This document shows positions 21,054 to 31,282 of a stretch of 64,000 nucleotides of DNA, in pieces. Position 1 is the stretch's first letter. Each line of letters starts with the position of its first letter. The notes below the pieces were generated by a model that made no database searches, was not told where the DNA came from, and saw only the letters and a list, made by a program, of their open reading frames with translations. Source of the stretch: an uncultured Halobacteriales archaeon (GTDB taxonomy: Archaea > Halobacteriota > Halobacteria > Halobacteriales > Hikarchaeaceae); assembly GCA_964554565.1 (NCBI GenBank), contig CAZKPC010000003.1, positions 1,009 through 65,008 on the forward strand. The letters are read 5' to 3'. The position numbers and the translations under genes were made by a program.

Positions 21054-21989
21054 TCAGTCCGCCGGCTGCTCGTCGCCGTCCCCTCCCTCTATTTCGGCCA
21101 CGACCGCATTGGCCTCGGCCCGGGGGAGGTGGTCGCGGAGCCGGCTCGCCGCGGCCCGGGCGTCAGCGAGCTCGATCTCGCCCACCGCGCGGATGAGGGC
21201 GGCCGCCCGCTCGGCTCGGGTCCGTCGCCACGATGCTTCGCGAGACTCGTAGGTCCGAATCGCGCGCAGGAAGTCGACTTTGGAGAACGACGGCCAGTAG
21301 GGCGCACAGAAGAACACGGCCGCCTCGTTCCCGTTCGCGTGCCACGGGAGGAAGTTCGACGTCCGCTCGTCGCCCCCGGTGCGAATGATGAGATCGACGT
21401 CCCGAACCGGTCGTCCGTAGAGCCGGTCCTCGATCTCGGGTACGTCGATGGCGCTTGCCTCGAGTCGACCATCGGCCACCGAGCGGGCCACGTCACGCGC
21501 GGCGCCGAGCAGTTCGTTCCGACCGCCGTAGGCCACGGCCACGTTCAGTCGGAACGCATCGTACTCGGCTGTTCGGTCCGCCGCGTAGCGGGCAGCCGCC
21601 TGCACCCGATCCGGCAGCCTGCCCAGGTCGCCGATCGGTTCGATCCCGACCTCGGACTCGTGGACCCGCTCGGCGTCCGCGAACTCGCGGAACTTCTTGG
21701 CCATCAGGTCGAAGAGGGCCTCGAGCTCCTCGTCGGGCCGGGCGAAGTTCTCCGTGGAAAACGCGTACAGGGTGAGCTCCTCGATCCCGAGCTCTTCACA
21801 CCAATCGAGCACCTGCTTGGCGGTTTCGGCGCCTTCCCGGTGGCCCGCGTCCGGGTCCGCCCCCCGTTCGCGGGCGTACCGTCGATTGCCGTCCTGAATG
21901 ATGGCGACGTGCGTGGGGACGCCGCCGATCTCGCGCCGGAGCAAGCGCTCGTACGCTCGATCGAAAACACGCCCGAGCTGCGGCACCAT
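21054..21989 (-). CDS. uppS: cis-polyprenyl diphosphate synthase (catalytic)
   Basis: HVAIIQDGNRR, YAFSTENF, IIRTGGDERTSNFLPW. Confidence 0.93.
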   Translation of the reverse strand: MVPQLGRVFDRAYERLLRREIGGVPTHVAIIQDGNRRYARERGADPDAGHREGAETAKQVLDWCEELGIEELTLYAFSTENFARPDEELEALFDLMAKKFREFADAERVHESEVGIEPIGDLGRLPDRVQAAARYAADRTAEYDAFRLNVAVAYGGRNELLGAARDVARSVADGRLEASAIDVPEIEDRLYGRPVRDVDLIIRTGGDERTSNFLPWHANGNEAAVFFCAPYWPSFSKVDFLRAIRTYESREASWRRTRAERAAALIRAVGEIELADARAAASRLRDHLPRAEANAVVAEIEGGDGDEQPAD

Positions 21990-22121
21990 CTACCGGTACA
22001 GGCGAAGCCTGCCGGCTTGTATCTTGTGACCTCAATCGGCGGACACGACCGGTGCCCGGAGGGCGCCGCCACCCGCCCGCTTCGAAATCCTATTGCGTGG
22101 TGCCCGCGTTTGGTCACCAGG

Positions 22122-22754
22122 ATGACGGTCCCGGACTACGATTACTGGCTGTTCGACTTCGACGGGACGCTCGTCGACGTCGGATGGCCCTACATCCGGC
22201 GTACGTTCGACGAGGTCGGGGACCGGCTCGGCGTGACGTTCACCGATGCTGAGGCGGCCGGCATCTGGCACGGCTACGACGGGCGCCGCGACGGCTACCT
22301 GCGCCGCCAGGGGCTCGACCCCCACGAGTTCTGGGCCACCCTCGATACGGTCGAATCCCCGACGGAACGGGCGATGGAGACGCATCTGCACGAGGACGCG
22401 ACCGCCGTCCCCGAGCTGGACGGGCCTGTCGGCGTGGTCACTCACTCCCAGCCGACCTTGCTCGAACCGGTGCTTGAGCACCTCGACATCCACGACTGGT
22501 TCGACACGGTGGTCAGCTGCTCCGAGGAGCTCGGGTGGAAGCCCGACCCGGCCCCCGTGCGAAAAGCCATGAGCGAGCTATCGGTGAACGGAACCCAGGC
22601 GGGCGTCCTGGTCGGCGACGGTCCCCACGACGTGGGCGCCGCCTGGAACGCCGGGCTCGACGCCGCCCACATCGAGCGCCACGGCCACGACCGCCGCGGG
22701 CTCTGCGTGCTCGGCGACCACCGGCTCGAATCCCTCGACGGGCTCCGGAGCTAG
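22122..22754 (+). CDS. HAD-superfamily hydrolase
   Basis: LFDFDGTL, WKPDP, VGDGPHD. Confidence 0.9.
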   Translation: MTVPDYDYWLFDFDGTLVDVGWPYIRRTFDEVGDRLGVTFTDAEAAGIWHGYDGRRDGYLRRQGLDPHEFWATLDTVESPTERAMETHLHEDATAVPELDGPVGVVTHSQPTLLEPVLEHLDIHDWFDTVVSCSEELGWKPDPAPVRKAMSELSVNGTQAGVLVGDGPHDVGAAWNAGLDAAHIERHGHDRRGLCVLGDHRLESLDGLRS

Positions 22755-22799
22755 CGGGCTATCGGGGTTCTTTTGCCCGGTGGCCGATTACACCGCCCC

Positions 22800-23156
22800 A
22801 TGTCGACGCTCCGGAAGGCCATGCGCGGGCTTCCCCGCGCAGCGGCCGCCGATCTGCTCGAGCGGGACGACGCTTACCTCCTCGTTATCGACCTGCCCGG
22901 CGCCACGGCGGCCACCACGGAGATCACCGTCGACGACGGCCGGCTCAGCATCGAGGCCCAACGCGAGAAGGACGTCCCCGACGGGTTTCAGTACCGGCGT
23001 GAGGACCGCTCGCTGTTCATCGATATCGAACTGCCCCTGCCGCCCGATGCCGCGACGGCCGACGCCTCTGCGACTCTCGAGGCCGGCGTGCTCGAACTTG
23101 AACTGCCTCGGGCCAGCGGCGAGAACGGCACATCGATCCCCATCGAGGACCACTGA
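22800..23156 (+). CDS. Hsp20/alpha-crystallin family protein
   Basis: DLLE..D.Y...IDLPG and A.LEAGVLELELP motifs. Confidence 0.88.
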   Translation: MSTLRKAMRGLPRAAAADLLERDDAYLLVIDLPGATAATTEITVDDGRLSIEAQREKDVPDGFQYRREDRSLFIDIELPLPPDAATADASATLEAGVLELELPRASGENGTSIPIEDH

Positions 23157-23162
23157 CGGCGG

Positions 23163-24845
23163 GTGGTGACGCTGGCGACTCTGCGTGCGTACTGGCGGTT
23201 CCTCGTCGTTCTGACCGAGTTTCTGCCGCTGCTGCTCGCGTACGCCAGGGACCGCAAGCGCTTCTTGCTCTTCGGCGGCCGGCGGCAAGTGTCCGCCGAA
23301 CGCCGGCAGCGCCGGGCCGAAACCCTGCTCGAGACGCTGCTCACCCTCGGGCCGACGTTCATCAAGCTCGGCCAGCTGCTCTCCTCGCGACCGGACGTCC
23401 TGCCGCCGGTCTACATCGAGGTCCTCAGCGAACTCCAGGATCGGGTCCCGCCGGCCGATTGGCCGGCGGCGAGAGCGGTCATCGAGGACGAACTCGGCCC
23501 GGTTGCCGAGCACTTCGACGAGTTCGACGAGGACGCCATCAGCGGGGCCAGCCTCGGCCAGGTGTACGTGGCCCAAGCCCGCGGCGAGCGGGTCGCGGTC
23601 AAGGTGCGGCGCCCGAACGTCGAGTCGCTGGTCGAGGCGGATCTCCGGGTCATCCGGTGGTCGCTCCCGTTCGTGACGCGGCTCGTCGGCGAGGCGCGGG
23701 CGTTCTCGCTGTCGAACCTGGCTGACGAGTTCGCGAAGACGATCCGCGAGGAGATGGACTACCAACGCGAGGCCGCCATGCTCCAGGAGATCCGGGCGAA
23801 CTTCACCGACAACGACGCCTGCCGGATGCCACGGGTTATCGAGGAGCTGTCGGGGCCCCGGGTCATGACGATGGAGTACGTCCCGGGGACGAAGATCACC
23901 GATATCGAGGCGCTCGACGCCGCCGGGCTGGACCTCGGCGAGATCGCCGAAAACGTGGTCCGCTTCTACCTCCAGATGATCGTCGAGGACGGCGTGTTCC
24001 ACGCCGATCCCCACCCCGGGAACCTCGCCGTCCAGGACGACGGGACCGTGGTGTTCTACGACTTCGGAATGAGCGGCCACGTCGATCCCTGGATCCAGGA
24101 AACCATCGTGGATTTCTATATCGCGGCGGCCGAACGCGATACCGAGCGCATTCTCGATGCCCTGGTCCAGATGGGCACGCTGTCGCCCGATGCTGACCGG
24201 GACACCATGGGGCGGGTCATGGAGCTGGCCATCGAGGACGCTCGTGGCGAGGCGGTCGACCAGTACCGGGTCCAGCGGATCATCCAACAGGTCGAGGACA
24301 CGATCTACGAGTTCCCCTTCCGGCTCCCGCGGAACCTGGCCCTGGTCCTCCGGGTCGCGACGGTCGTCGAAGGCGTCTGTGTCACGCTGGACGAGGACTT
24401 CGACTTCATCGCCGTGGCGACCGACTACTTGAGCGAGCAGGGGTACCGGGAGGAGAGCGTGCGACAGGCCATCGGGGACGCCGGCGAGCAGTTCCAGGAG
24501 GCGACCCTGGCCTCGCTCCGGATCCCGCCGAAACTGGACACCGCCCTCACGCGCCTCGACCGGGGGAACGTGAGGGTCCAATCGGTCGTCACTGATTCGA
24601 ACGACGTCATCGAGGAGCTGGGCCGGCGAGTGGTCTTCGGGCTCGTGTTGGCGTCACTGATCCTGGCGACGGCCCTGCTGTACCCGTCAGCCCCGATCGC
24701 GGCTGCGGTCCCCGCCGGGATCGGGATCGTGGTCGGCCTGCTGCTGTACCGGTCGTTCCGGACCACGAGCGTCTTCGCCGGCGCGCCCGGCGGCACGCCC
24801 CAGTTCACCCGGCAAGCGATGCGCGAGCGCCGCGATGACGAGTAA
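23163..24845 (+). CDS. ABC1/UbiB/AarF family atypical kinase
   Basis: LGPTFIKLGQ, ASLGQVY, VAVKV, FHADPHPGN, YDFGM. Confidence 0.95.
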   Translation: MVTLATLRAYWRFLVVLTEFLPLLLAYARDRKRFLLFGGRRQVSAERRQRRAETLLETLLTLGPTFIKLGQLLSSRPDVLPPVYIEVLSELQDRVPPADWPAARAVIEDELGPVAEHFDEFDEDAISGASLGQVYVAQARGERVAVKVRRPNVESLVEADLRVIRWSLPFVTRLVGEARAFSLSNLADEFAKTIREEMDYQREAAMLQEIRANFTDNDACRMPRVIEELSGPRVMTMEYVPGTKITDIEALDAAGLDLGEIAENVVRFYLQMIVEDGVFHADPHPGNLAVQDDGTVVFYDFGMSGHVDPWIQETIVDFYIAAAERDTERILDALVQMGTLSPDADRDTMGRVMELAIEDARGEAVDQYRVQRIIQQVEDTIYEFPFRLPRNLALVLRVATVVEGVCVTLDEDFDFIAVATDYLSEQGYREESVRQAIGDAGEQFQEATLASLRIPPKLDTALTRLDRGNVRVQSVVTDSNDVIEELGRRVVFGLVLASLILATALLYPSAPIAAAVPAGIGIVVGLLLYRSFRTTSVFAGAPGGTPQFTRQAMRERRDDE

Positions 24846-24892
24846 GCCCGGCGCACCCGAGCGGTTTTGGCCGGGCGGTTCGGACCCTAGGC

Positions 24893-25960
24893 ATGGACGT
24901 CGCGCCGTTCGGCCTCGAGCGCTGGTTCGCCGAACACGAGCACGAGGCCGACCTCATGCTGGCCGAGAGCGGCATCCGGGCGCTCCCGGCCGACCGCTTC
25001 GACACGGATCCGGGCGAGCTCGGTTACGTCATCCCGACCAACGGCGATCCCGAGCTCCGGGCGACCGTCGCTGACCGGTACGACCGGCGGGCCGACGAGG
25101 TCCTGTTCACCGTCGGGACCCAGGAGGCGAACCTGCTGGCCGTGTTGTCGCTGCTGGACCGTGACAGCCACGCCGTCGTCGTGACGCCCACGTATCAGGC
25201 GCTCCACGCCCTCCCTGACGCGATCGGCGACGTGACCCGCGTCGAACTCGCGCCGCCCGAGTGGCGTCTCGACCCCGGAGCGATCTCCGAGGCGATCCGC
25301 CCCGACACTGAACTGGTCGTTCTCAACAACCCGAACAACCCGACGGGCCGGTACCACGAGTGGGAACGGGTCCGGGCGGTTTACGACCACGTCGCCGACG
25401 CCGACGCTTACTTGCTCTGTGACGAGGTCTACCGGCTGCTCTCGGCCGAGCCGCTGCCGCCCGTGACCAGTCTCGGCGAGCACGGGATCTCAACGACCAG
25501 CGTGACGAAGGCCTGGGGCCTGGCCGGGGCGCGGTTCGGCTGGCTGTGTGGTCCCGAACCAGTCGTCGAGGCGGCCTGGCGCTGGAAGGACTACACGACC
25601 ATCTCGCCCTCGCCGTTCGGGCAACACATCGCCCGGCAGGCGCTGGCAGACGAAGCCGCCATCCTCGAGGAGAACCGGGAGTTGGCCCGGCGGAACCGGG
25701 AGCTCGTGCAAGCGTTCGTCGATCGCCACAGCCTCGACTGGCTCGATCCGGTGGGGGTCAACGGCTTCCCCACGGTGCCGGCGGGCTTCGACGACGGCCG
25801 GGCGTTCTGTAGCGCGGTCGTGGAGTCCGCCTCGGTCGTCCTCGCGCCCGGGGACGTGTTCGGCTGGCCCGACCGGTTCCGGATCGGCTTCGGCCTGCCG
25901 ACAGCCGAGCTCGAAGCAGGACTCGATCGGGTCGACCAAGTGATCGAGGCGACCGGCTGA
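24893..25960 (+). CDS. Class I/II PLP-dependent aminotransferase
   Basis: NNPNNPTG, DEVY, SVTKAWGLAGARFGW. Confidence 0.92.
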   Translation: MDVAPFGLERWFAEHEHEADLMLAESGIRALPADRFDTDPGELGYVIPTNGDPELRATVADRYDRRADEVLFTVGTQEANLLAVLSLLDRDSHAVVVTPTYQALHALPDAIGDVTRVELAPPEWRLDPGAISEAIRPDTELVVLNNPNNPTGRYHEWERVRAVYDHVADADAYLLCDEVYRLLSAEPLPPVTSLGEHGISTTSVTKAWGLAGARFGWLCGPEPVVEAAWRWKDYTTISPSPFGQHIARQALADEAAILEENRELARRNRELVQAFVDRHSLDWLDPVGVNGFPTVPAGFDDGRAFCSAVVESASVVLAPGDVFGWPDRFRIGFGLPTAELEAGLDRVDQVIEATG

Positions 25961-25975
25961 TCGTCCGCCTCAGGC

Positions 25976-26425
25976 CTACTCGACGTCGCCCATCCGCTCG
26001 GTGTAGTCCCAGCTGTAGAGCCGATCGGGCTCGAGCCGGATGGCCACCTCCTCGCGGTCATCAGCCAGGAGACGGTCCGCCAGCCGCGAGTCGGTCCCGC
26101 CGAGATAGCGCTCCAGCAGGGACCGGAGGACGGCCTTGTCGGGGTCGGGACCGATCACGGCGCGGCCGTTCCCGCGAACGCCGCGGTAGGGGGGCTCGTT
26201 CGTGGAGACTTCGAACGCGACGGAGGCATCACCGTCCAGGTAGTCGACGATCGTCGCGTCGCGCCCGGTCGCACAGAGGAACGTCTCGTCCGCGAACTCA
26301 TACCAGAGCGTGACCAGCCAGAGGCGATCCGACGGGGTGTGACACGCCAGCCGCACCGGGACGGTCGCCTCCTCGAGGAACCGCCCGACTTCATCGGCCG
26401 ACCAGGCCCCCGTATATTCGACCAT
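25976..26425 (-). CDS. Pyridoxamine 5'-phosphate oxidase-like (split-barrel flavin/F420-binding) protein
   Basis: PVRLAC, LWY, PPYRGVRG.G.A, SWDY..RM. Confidence 0.8.
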   Translation of the reverse strand: MVEYTGAWSADEVGRFLEEATVPVRLACHTPSDRLWLVTLWYEFADETFLCATGRDATIVDYLDGDASVAFEVSTNEPPYRGVRGNGRAVIGPDPDKAVLRSLLERYLGGTDSRLADRLLADDREEVAIRLEPDRLYSWDYTERMGDVE

Positions 26426-26586
26426 GCAGTGGTTACACGGGCGGACGCCCTTGAGCGCCAGGCCGAGAGTCGCAGTACAGCGCCACACGCCGACGGGTTC
26501 TCGTACCGGTCCGCTATGAGCCGAACCGCCAACCGGCGGAACGGCGTTTCCAAACGGTTTAGAGGCCGAAGAACGCACCACCGGTC

Positions 26587-26967
26587 ATGCCCCGAGAGCA
26601 GAAGGAAATCCGTGATCTCAACGAAGGGAACTACCTCATCATGGACGATACCCCCTGTGAGATCACGTCCTATAGCACCGCGAAACCGGGGAAACACGGC
26701 AGTGCGAAAGCCCGCATCGAGGGCAAGGGAGTCTTCGACGGCCAGAAACGGAGCCTCTCCCAGCCCGTGGACGCGAAAATCTGGGTCCCCATCATCGAAC
26801 GCAAGGGCGGCCAGGTGATCAATATGGAGTCATCGAACGTCGCCCAGGTCATGGACCTCGACACCTACGAGACGTTCACGATGCAGGTGCCCGACGACGT
26901 CTCGCTGTCCAACGAGGAGGAGATCGAGTACCTGGAGTACGAAGGCCAGCGCAAGATCGTCGACTGA
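26587..26967 (+). CDS. eif5a: Translation factor aIF-5A
   Basis: (Deoxy)hypusine loop [10 protein letters not shown]. Confidence 0.96.
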   Translation: MPREQKEIRDLNEGNYLIMDDTPCEITSYSTAKPGKHGSAKARIEGKGVFDGQKRSLSQPVDAKIWVPIIERKGGQVINMESSNVAQVMDLDTYETFTMQVPDDVSLSNEEEIEYLEYEGQRKIVD

Positions 26968-27773
26968 TGGAGTTCCCGGGGGCGACCGCTCGACGGGCTG
27001 ACGCGGCGTATGTCGTGGTCGGTGCGCCGCTGGACGTCTCCACGACTTTTCAGGCCGGCACCCGGTTCGGACCGCGACGGATCCGGACGTACGCGGAGAC
27101 GTTCGATGATTACGACAGGCGGACGGACCAACGCTTCACGAGCCTCGGCGTCGCCGATGCCGGCGACATCCGGGCGTGGGACGACGCCGTCGAGTACTTG
27201 GAATACCTCGGCGGGGAACTGAGCGACGTGGTCAGCGACGGCGCCGTGCCGCTGCTCCTCGGCGGCGAGCACACTGTCTCGATCGCCGGCGTCAGGGCGG
27301 TGGAGCCCGACGTGTACGTGTGCCTGGACGCCCACCTCGACCTCCGCGACGAGTACGACGGCAACCCGTGGAGCCATGCCTGCACGACCCGGCGAGTCCT
27401 CGAGACGGCCGAGGAGGCCGTGATCCTGGGTGCCCGGACCGGGAGTACCGGCGAGTGGTCGCGCGCCGAGCAGGCGGACGTCACCGTGGTCCCGCCCGCT
27501 GACGTCGGTGAATGGACGCCGGCCTTCGACGCGGAGGCGACCGTCTACCTGAGCGTTGATGTCGATGCCGCGGACCCTTCCGTCGCCCCGGGGACCGGCA
27601 CCATGGAGCCCTTCGGCCTCCCGCCGACAGCGCTCCGGGACGTCGTCCGTCAGGTCGCCCCGGGCGCGAGTGGGGTCGACGTGGTCGAAGTCAACGACCG
27701 CGACCACGGGCAGGCGGCGGCCCTGGCGGGCAAACTGCTGCGGGAGTTCGTCTACGCCCACGCGGCCCGGTGA
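26967..27773 (+). CDS. speB: Agmatinase (ureohydrolase)
   Basis: GTRFGP, GGEHT, DAHLD, SVDVDAADP; TGATG overlap with eif5a. Confidence 0.92.
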   Translation: MEFPGATARRADAAYVVVGAPLDVSTTFQAGTRFGPRRIRTYAETFDDYDRRTDQRFTSLGVADAGDIRAWDDAVEYLEYLGGELSDVVSDGAVPLLLGGEHTVSIAGVRAVEPDVYVCLDAHLDLRDEYDGNPWSHACTTRRVLETAEEAVILGARTGSTGEWSRAEQADVTVVPPADVGEWTPAFDAEATVYLSVDVDAADPSVAPGTGTMEPFGLPPTALRDVVRQVAPGASGVDVVEVNDRDHGQAAALAGKLLREFVYAHAAR

Positions 27774-27818
27774 CCCCAGCCGCTACTGTTTAAGCCCCCG
27801 AGCCCCTCCGCGCAGCCA

Positions 27819-28487
27819 ATGGACCATCTCCAGGCTTGCTACTTCTGCGGGGCCGCGGAGGACGATCCGCTCCGGGAGGTCACGGTCACCCCGCGGAGTC
27901 GGCGCGAAGATCCCGAGGCGCAGGTATCACTGACGCTCTGTCGGGCCTGCGAGAAGAAGCTCGAGCGGGTCCTCGATGGTCTTTTCGAGCACGTCGAGTC
28001 GGGGGTTTCGGCGGACGCCCCCGATTCGGAACGTAGTGAAGCAAGCGAATCCCAGACGGGAGCACCGGTCGATAAGATCGACGTGGGAACGGAAGCAGCA
28101 GCCGATGCCAGCGTCGAGACCGAAGGCACGCCGGAAGCTGACGCCGAGGAGCCCGCCCCGACGGAACCGCAACAGGCCGGGGAGAGTGATGCCAGTCCGC
28201 ACAACGACGCGGGCCAGGAGGACGAACCGCAGGTCACGGCTCGAGCAACGATGAACCCTCTCGACAGCCTGGAGGGGCTTTCCGTTGAGGAGTACAACCG
28301 CGTGACGCGGCTGCTCCAGAACCGCGAGCTGCCGATGGAACGGGAGGCCTTCGTCACGCTCGCAACCAACGCCTACGAACTGCACGCGGACGAGGTTCAG
28401 GGCGTGCTCGACGAGGTCATCGAGAAGGGAAAGCTGGCCGTGCGGGACGACCAACTCGTCCGCCCGGACGACGACGGCTCGCCATGA
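27819..28487 (+). CDS. Conserved haloarchaeal protein with N-terminal CxxC...CxxC finger, acidic linker and helical C-terminal domain
   Basis: CYFCG and CRAC motifs; ATGA overlap with nif3. Confidence 0.7.
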   Translation: MDHLQACYFCGAAEDDPLREVTVTPRSRREDPEAQVSLTLCRACEKKLERVLDGLFEHVESGVSADAPDSERSEASESQTGAPVDKIDVGTEAAADASVETEGTPEADAEEPAPTEPQQAGESDASPHNDAGQEDEPQVTARATMNPLDSLEGLSVEEYNRVTRLLQNRELPMEREAFVTLATNAYELHADEVQGVLDEVIEKGKLAVRDDQLVRPDDDGSP

Positions 28488-29254
28488 AGCTGGGCGAACT
28501 CGCCGACCGGTTCGATGAACGGCTGCGGACCGAGGACTTCGCCGACGTCGACCCGAGCGCGAACGGCCTCCAGGTCGGCGATGCCGACGCGGCGGTCGAA
28601 CGAGCCACCTTCGCGGTCGACGCGGCCCAGGCGACGATCGACGCCGCCATCGATGCGCAGGCGGACGTGCTCTGTACACACCACGGCATCGTCTGGGACG
28701 GCCTGGATCGGGTGACCGGCCGGACCTACGACCGGGTGGCCAGCCTCGTCGAGGGCGGGGTCGCTCTCTACGTCGCCCACCTGCCGCTCGATGCGAACCT
28801 CGAACTCGGGAACGCCGCCGGGGTCGCGGATCAGCTGGCCGTCGACGACCGGAAGCCGTTCGGGGAGCTGGGCCCCGAAACCGTTGGCCTCCGCGGCCGG
28901 ATCAGCGATGGCCCGCTGCCGATCGACGACCTGGCCGACCGCCTCGCCGACGGGCTCGGAGACACGGATCCGCCGGTCCGGACGCTCCCGTTCGGGCCCG
29001 AGACGGTCGAGGAGGTCGCGGTGATTACTGGCAGCGGCGCGGACTGGCTCGAGGCCGCTGGCGACGCCGACCTCGACGCGCTCGTCACGGGGGAGGGCAA
29101 ACAGTCACTGTATCACCGGGCCCGTGAGGCGGGGATCAACGTGGTCCTCGGCGGCCACTACGCGACCGAGACCTTCGGGGTGCGGGCACTCCGATCGCTC
29201 GCCGAGGAGTGGGGCCTCGAAACGACGTACGTCGACTGGCCCACCGGGTTCTGA
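28484..29254 (+). CDS. Nif3-like (DUF34) dinuclear metal protein
   Basis: NGLQVG, HHG, HLPLD, GGHYATE.FG. Confidence 0.92.
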   Translation: MKLGELADRFDERLRTEDFADVDPSANGLQVGDADAAVERATFAVDAAQATIDAAIDAQADVLCTHHGIVWDGLDRVTGRTYDRVASLVEGGVALYVAHLPLDANLELGNAAGVADQLAVDDRKPFGELGPETVGLRGRISDGPLPIDDLADRLADGLGDTDPPVRTLPFGPETVEEVAVITGSGADWLEAAGDADLDALVTGEGKQSLYHRAREAGINVVLGGHYATETFGVRALRSLAEEWGLETTYVDWPTGF

Positions 29255-29314
29255 CGCCGGCCGGCCCGCGCGGATATCGGGCCGTTCAAACCCACGCTCC
29301 GTGAAGCAGCCGGC

Positions 29315-30316
29315 ATGAGCGACGAGGGGCCGTCACGGGAGGAGTTCCAAGCCGACCCCATCGAGCACGTCCGGGTCCGACCCGGAATGACCGTCGGCGA
29401 GCTCGCCGCGGAGTACGGGCGGGCCGGGATCGGGGCCCGGACGGTCCACGAGGCCGTCGACCTGTGCGCGGAGATGTTCGGCGACCCCAACGTCACCACG
29501 TTCATGGGCCTGGCCGGGGCGATGGTCCCGGCCGGGATGCGAGACCTCGTGGCGGACCTGGTTCGGGCGGGTCACATCGACGCGCTGGTGACCACCGGCG
29601 CCAACCTCACCCACGACACGGTGGAAGCGATCGGGGGCCACCACCACCACGGGCGATCCGGCACGCCGGAACGGTCCGAGCGGGAACACGACGAAACACT
29701 CCGCGAGGAGGGCGTCGACCGCATCTACAACGTGTATCTCCCCCAGGAGCACTTCACGGCCCTGGAAACCCACGTCCGAGAGGAGGTGTTCCCGGCCCTC
29801 GACCGGCCGGTCTCGATCGCCGAACTGACGGAGGAACTCGGCCGGGCGAACGCGCGGGTCAACGACCGCGAGGACGTAACGGCCGATCCGGGGATCGCAG
29901 CCGCCGCGGCCACCCACGACGTCCCCGTCTACGCCCCCGCTGTCCAGGACTCGGTGCTCGGCCTCCAAGCCTGGATGTACTCACAGCTCTCCGATTTCAC
30001 GCTCGACGCTCTCGCCGATATGACCGCGCTATCCGACCGGGCCCACGACGCCGAACAGGCGGGGGCGTTCGTGGTCGGCGGAGGCGTCCCGAAGAACTAC
30101 GTGCTGCAGACGATGCTCACGACGCCGGGCGCGTACGACTACGCAGTCCAGCTCACCACGGACCCGCCGTCGACCGGCGGCCTGTCCGGGGCGACGCTCG
30201 ATGAGGCACGCTCCTGGGGCAAACTCGAACCGGGGGCGGAGAACGTGACGGTGGTCGGTGACGCGACCATCACCCTCCCACTCGTCGTCGCCGGCGCGCT
30301 CGACCGGCTCGATTGA
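29315..30316 (+). CDS. dhs: Deoxyhypusine synthase
   Basis: VTTGANLTHD, GGGVPKN, GGLSGATLDEARSWGK, GDATI. Confidence 0.95.
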   Translation: MSDEGPSREEFQADPIEHVRVRPGMTVGELAAEYGRAGIGARTVHEAVDLCAEMFGDPNVTTFMGLAGAMVPAGMRDLVADLVRAGHIDALVTTGANLTHDTVEAIGGHHHHGRSGTPERSEREHDETLREEGVDRIYNVYLPQEHFTALETHVREEVFPALDRPVSIAELTEELGRANARVNDREDVTADPGIAAAAATHDVPVYAPAVQDSVLGLQAWMYSQLSDFTLDALADMTALSDRAHDAEQAGAFVVGGGVPKNYVLQTMLTTPGAYDYAVQLTTDPPSTGGLSGATLDEARSWGKLEPGAENVTVVGDATITLPLVVAGALDRLD

Positions 30317-30372
30317 CGGTGGAACCGTCCTTGACCAGTAGGCATTAGCCGACCGCCACCGGTGGCTGTACC

Positions 30373-31155
30373 GTGCGCTTGCGGAACAGTTTCATCGCCG
30401 TGGACGGCATCGGCGAGCGGACCGAACGCGAACTCTGGCGGGCCGGCGTCACGCGCTGGGGCGCCTTCGACGGTCCGACGGTGCCTGGCGTCGGGCCGAC
30501 CTTGGCCGAGCGGATCGAGACGTTCGTGACGGAAGCCAGGCCCCGCCTCGAACGCGGCGATGCGGGCTATTTCGCCGCGAGCCTGCCGGGCAGCGAGCGA
30601 TGGCGGCTGTTCGAGGACTTCCGTGACCGGGCCGCCTTTCTCGACATCGAAACTACCGGCCTGTCCCCGCGACGAGATGACGTGACGGTAGTCAGCGTGC
30701 ATCGCGGCGGCGAGACGAGGACGCTCGTCCGGGGACAGGACCTCTCCCGCCAGGCGCTCGACAGGGCGATCGGCGACGCCCGACTGCTCGTGACTTACAA
30801 CGGGGCTCAGTTCGACGTGCCGTTTCTCGAAGCGGCGTTCGGGTTTCGCTGGGAGCACGCCCATCTCGACCTCCGATCGCCCGCGCACCGGCTCGGGCTC
30901 ACGGGCGGGCTCAAAGCCATCGAGCGTGACGTCGGGATCGACCGGGATCGGCCGGACCTCTCCGGGCGGGACGCCGTTCGGCTGTGGCAGCGGTACGCCC
31001 GCCGTAGCGACCGCGACGCCTTGGAAACACTCATCGACTACAACCGCGAGGACACGATGAACCTGGCGGCGCTCGCGGACACCGTGGTCGAACGGCTCAA
31101 CGCCCGGATCTTCGAGCCCGCGGTGACCGACGATTCGCCGTCCGATCCGGCCTGA
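30373..31155 (+). CDS. RNase H-like (YprB/DEDD) exonuclease
   Basis: GIGERTE HhH, FLDIETTG, TYNG..FD.PF, YN.ED. Confidence 0.88.
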   Translation: MRLRNSFIAVDGIGERTERELWRAGVTRWGAFDGPTVPGVGPTLAERIETFVTEARPRLERGDAGYFAASLPGSERWRLFEDFRDRAAFLDIETTGLSPRRDDVTVVSVHRGGETRTLVRGQDLSRQALDRAIGDARLLVTYNGAQFDVPFLEAAFGFRWEHAHLDLRSPAHRLGLTGGLKAIERDVGIDRDRPDLSGRDAVRLWQRYARRSDRDALETLIDYNREDTMNLAALADTVVERLNARIFEPAVTDDSPSDPA

Positions 31156-31202
31156 TCCGATCCCGGTGAGACCGAGTTGGTACCTGGTGGGCCGAGGTGA
31201 TA

Positions 31203-31217
31203 TTACGAATTTCGTAA
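31203..31217. promoter_or_regulatory. Palindromic operator TTACGA-ATT-TCGTAA upstream of carB
   Basis: Perfect 6-3-6 inverted repeat, matching the site in the carA/lrp intergenic region. Confidence 0.7.
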
Positions 31218-31282
31218 ACATATTCTATCGACGCAGAATTTCGCTGACTTTATTACGATGACCGTATCAGAGGCTGGTGGAC

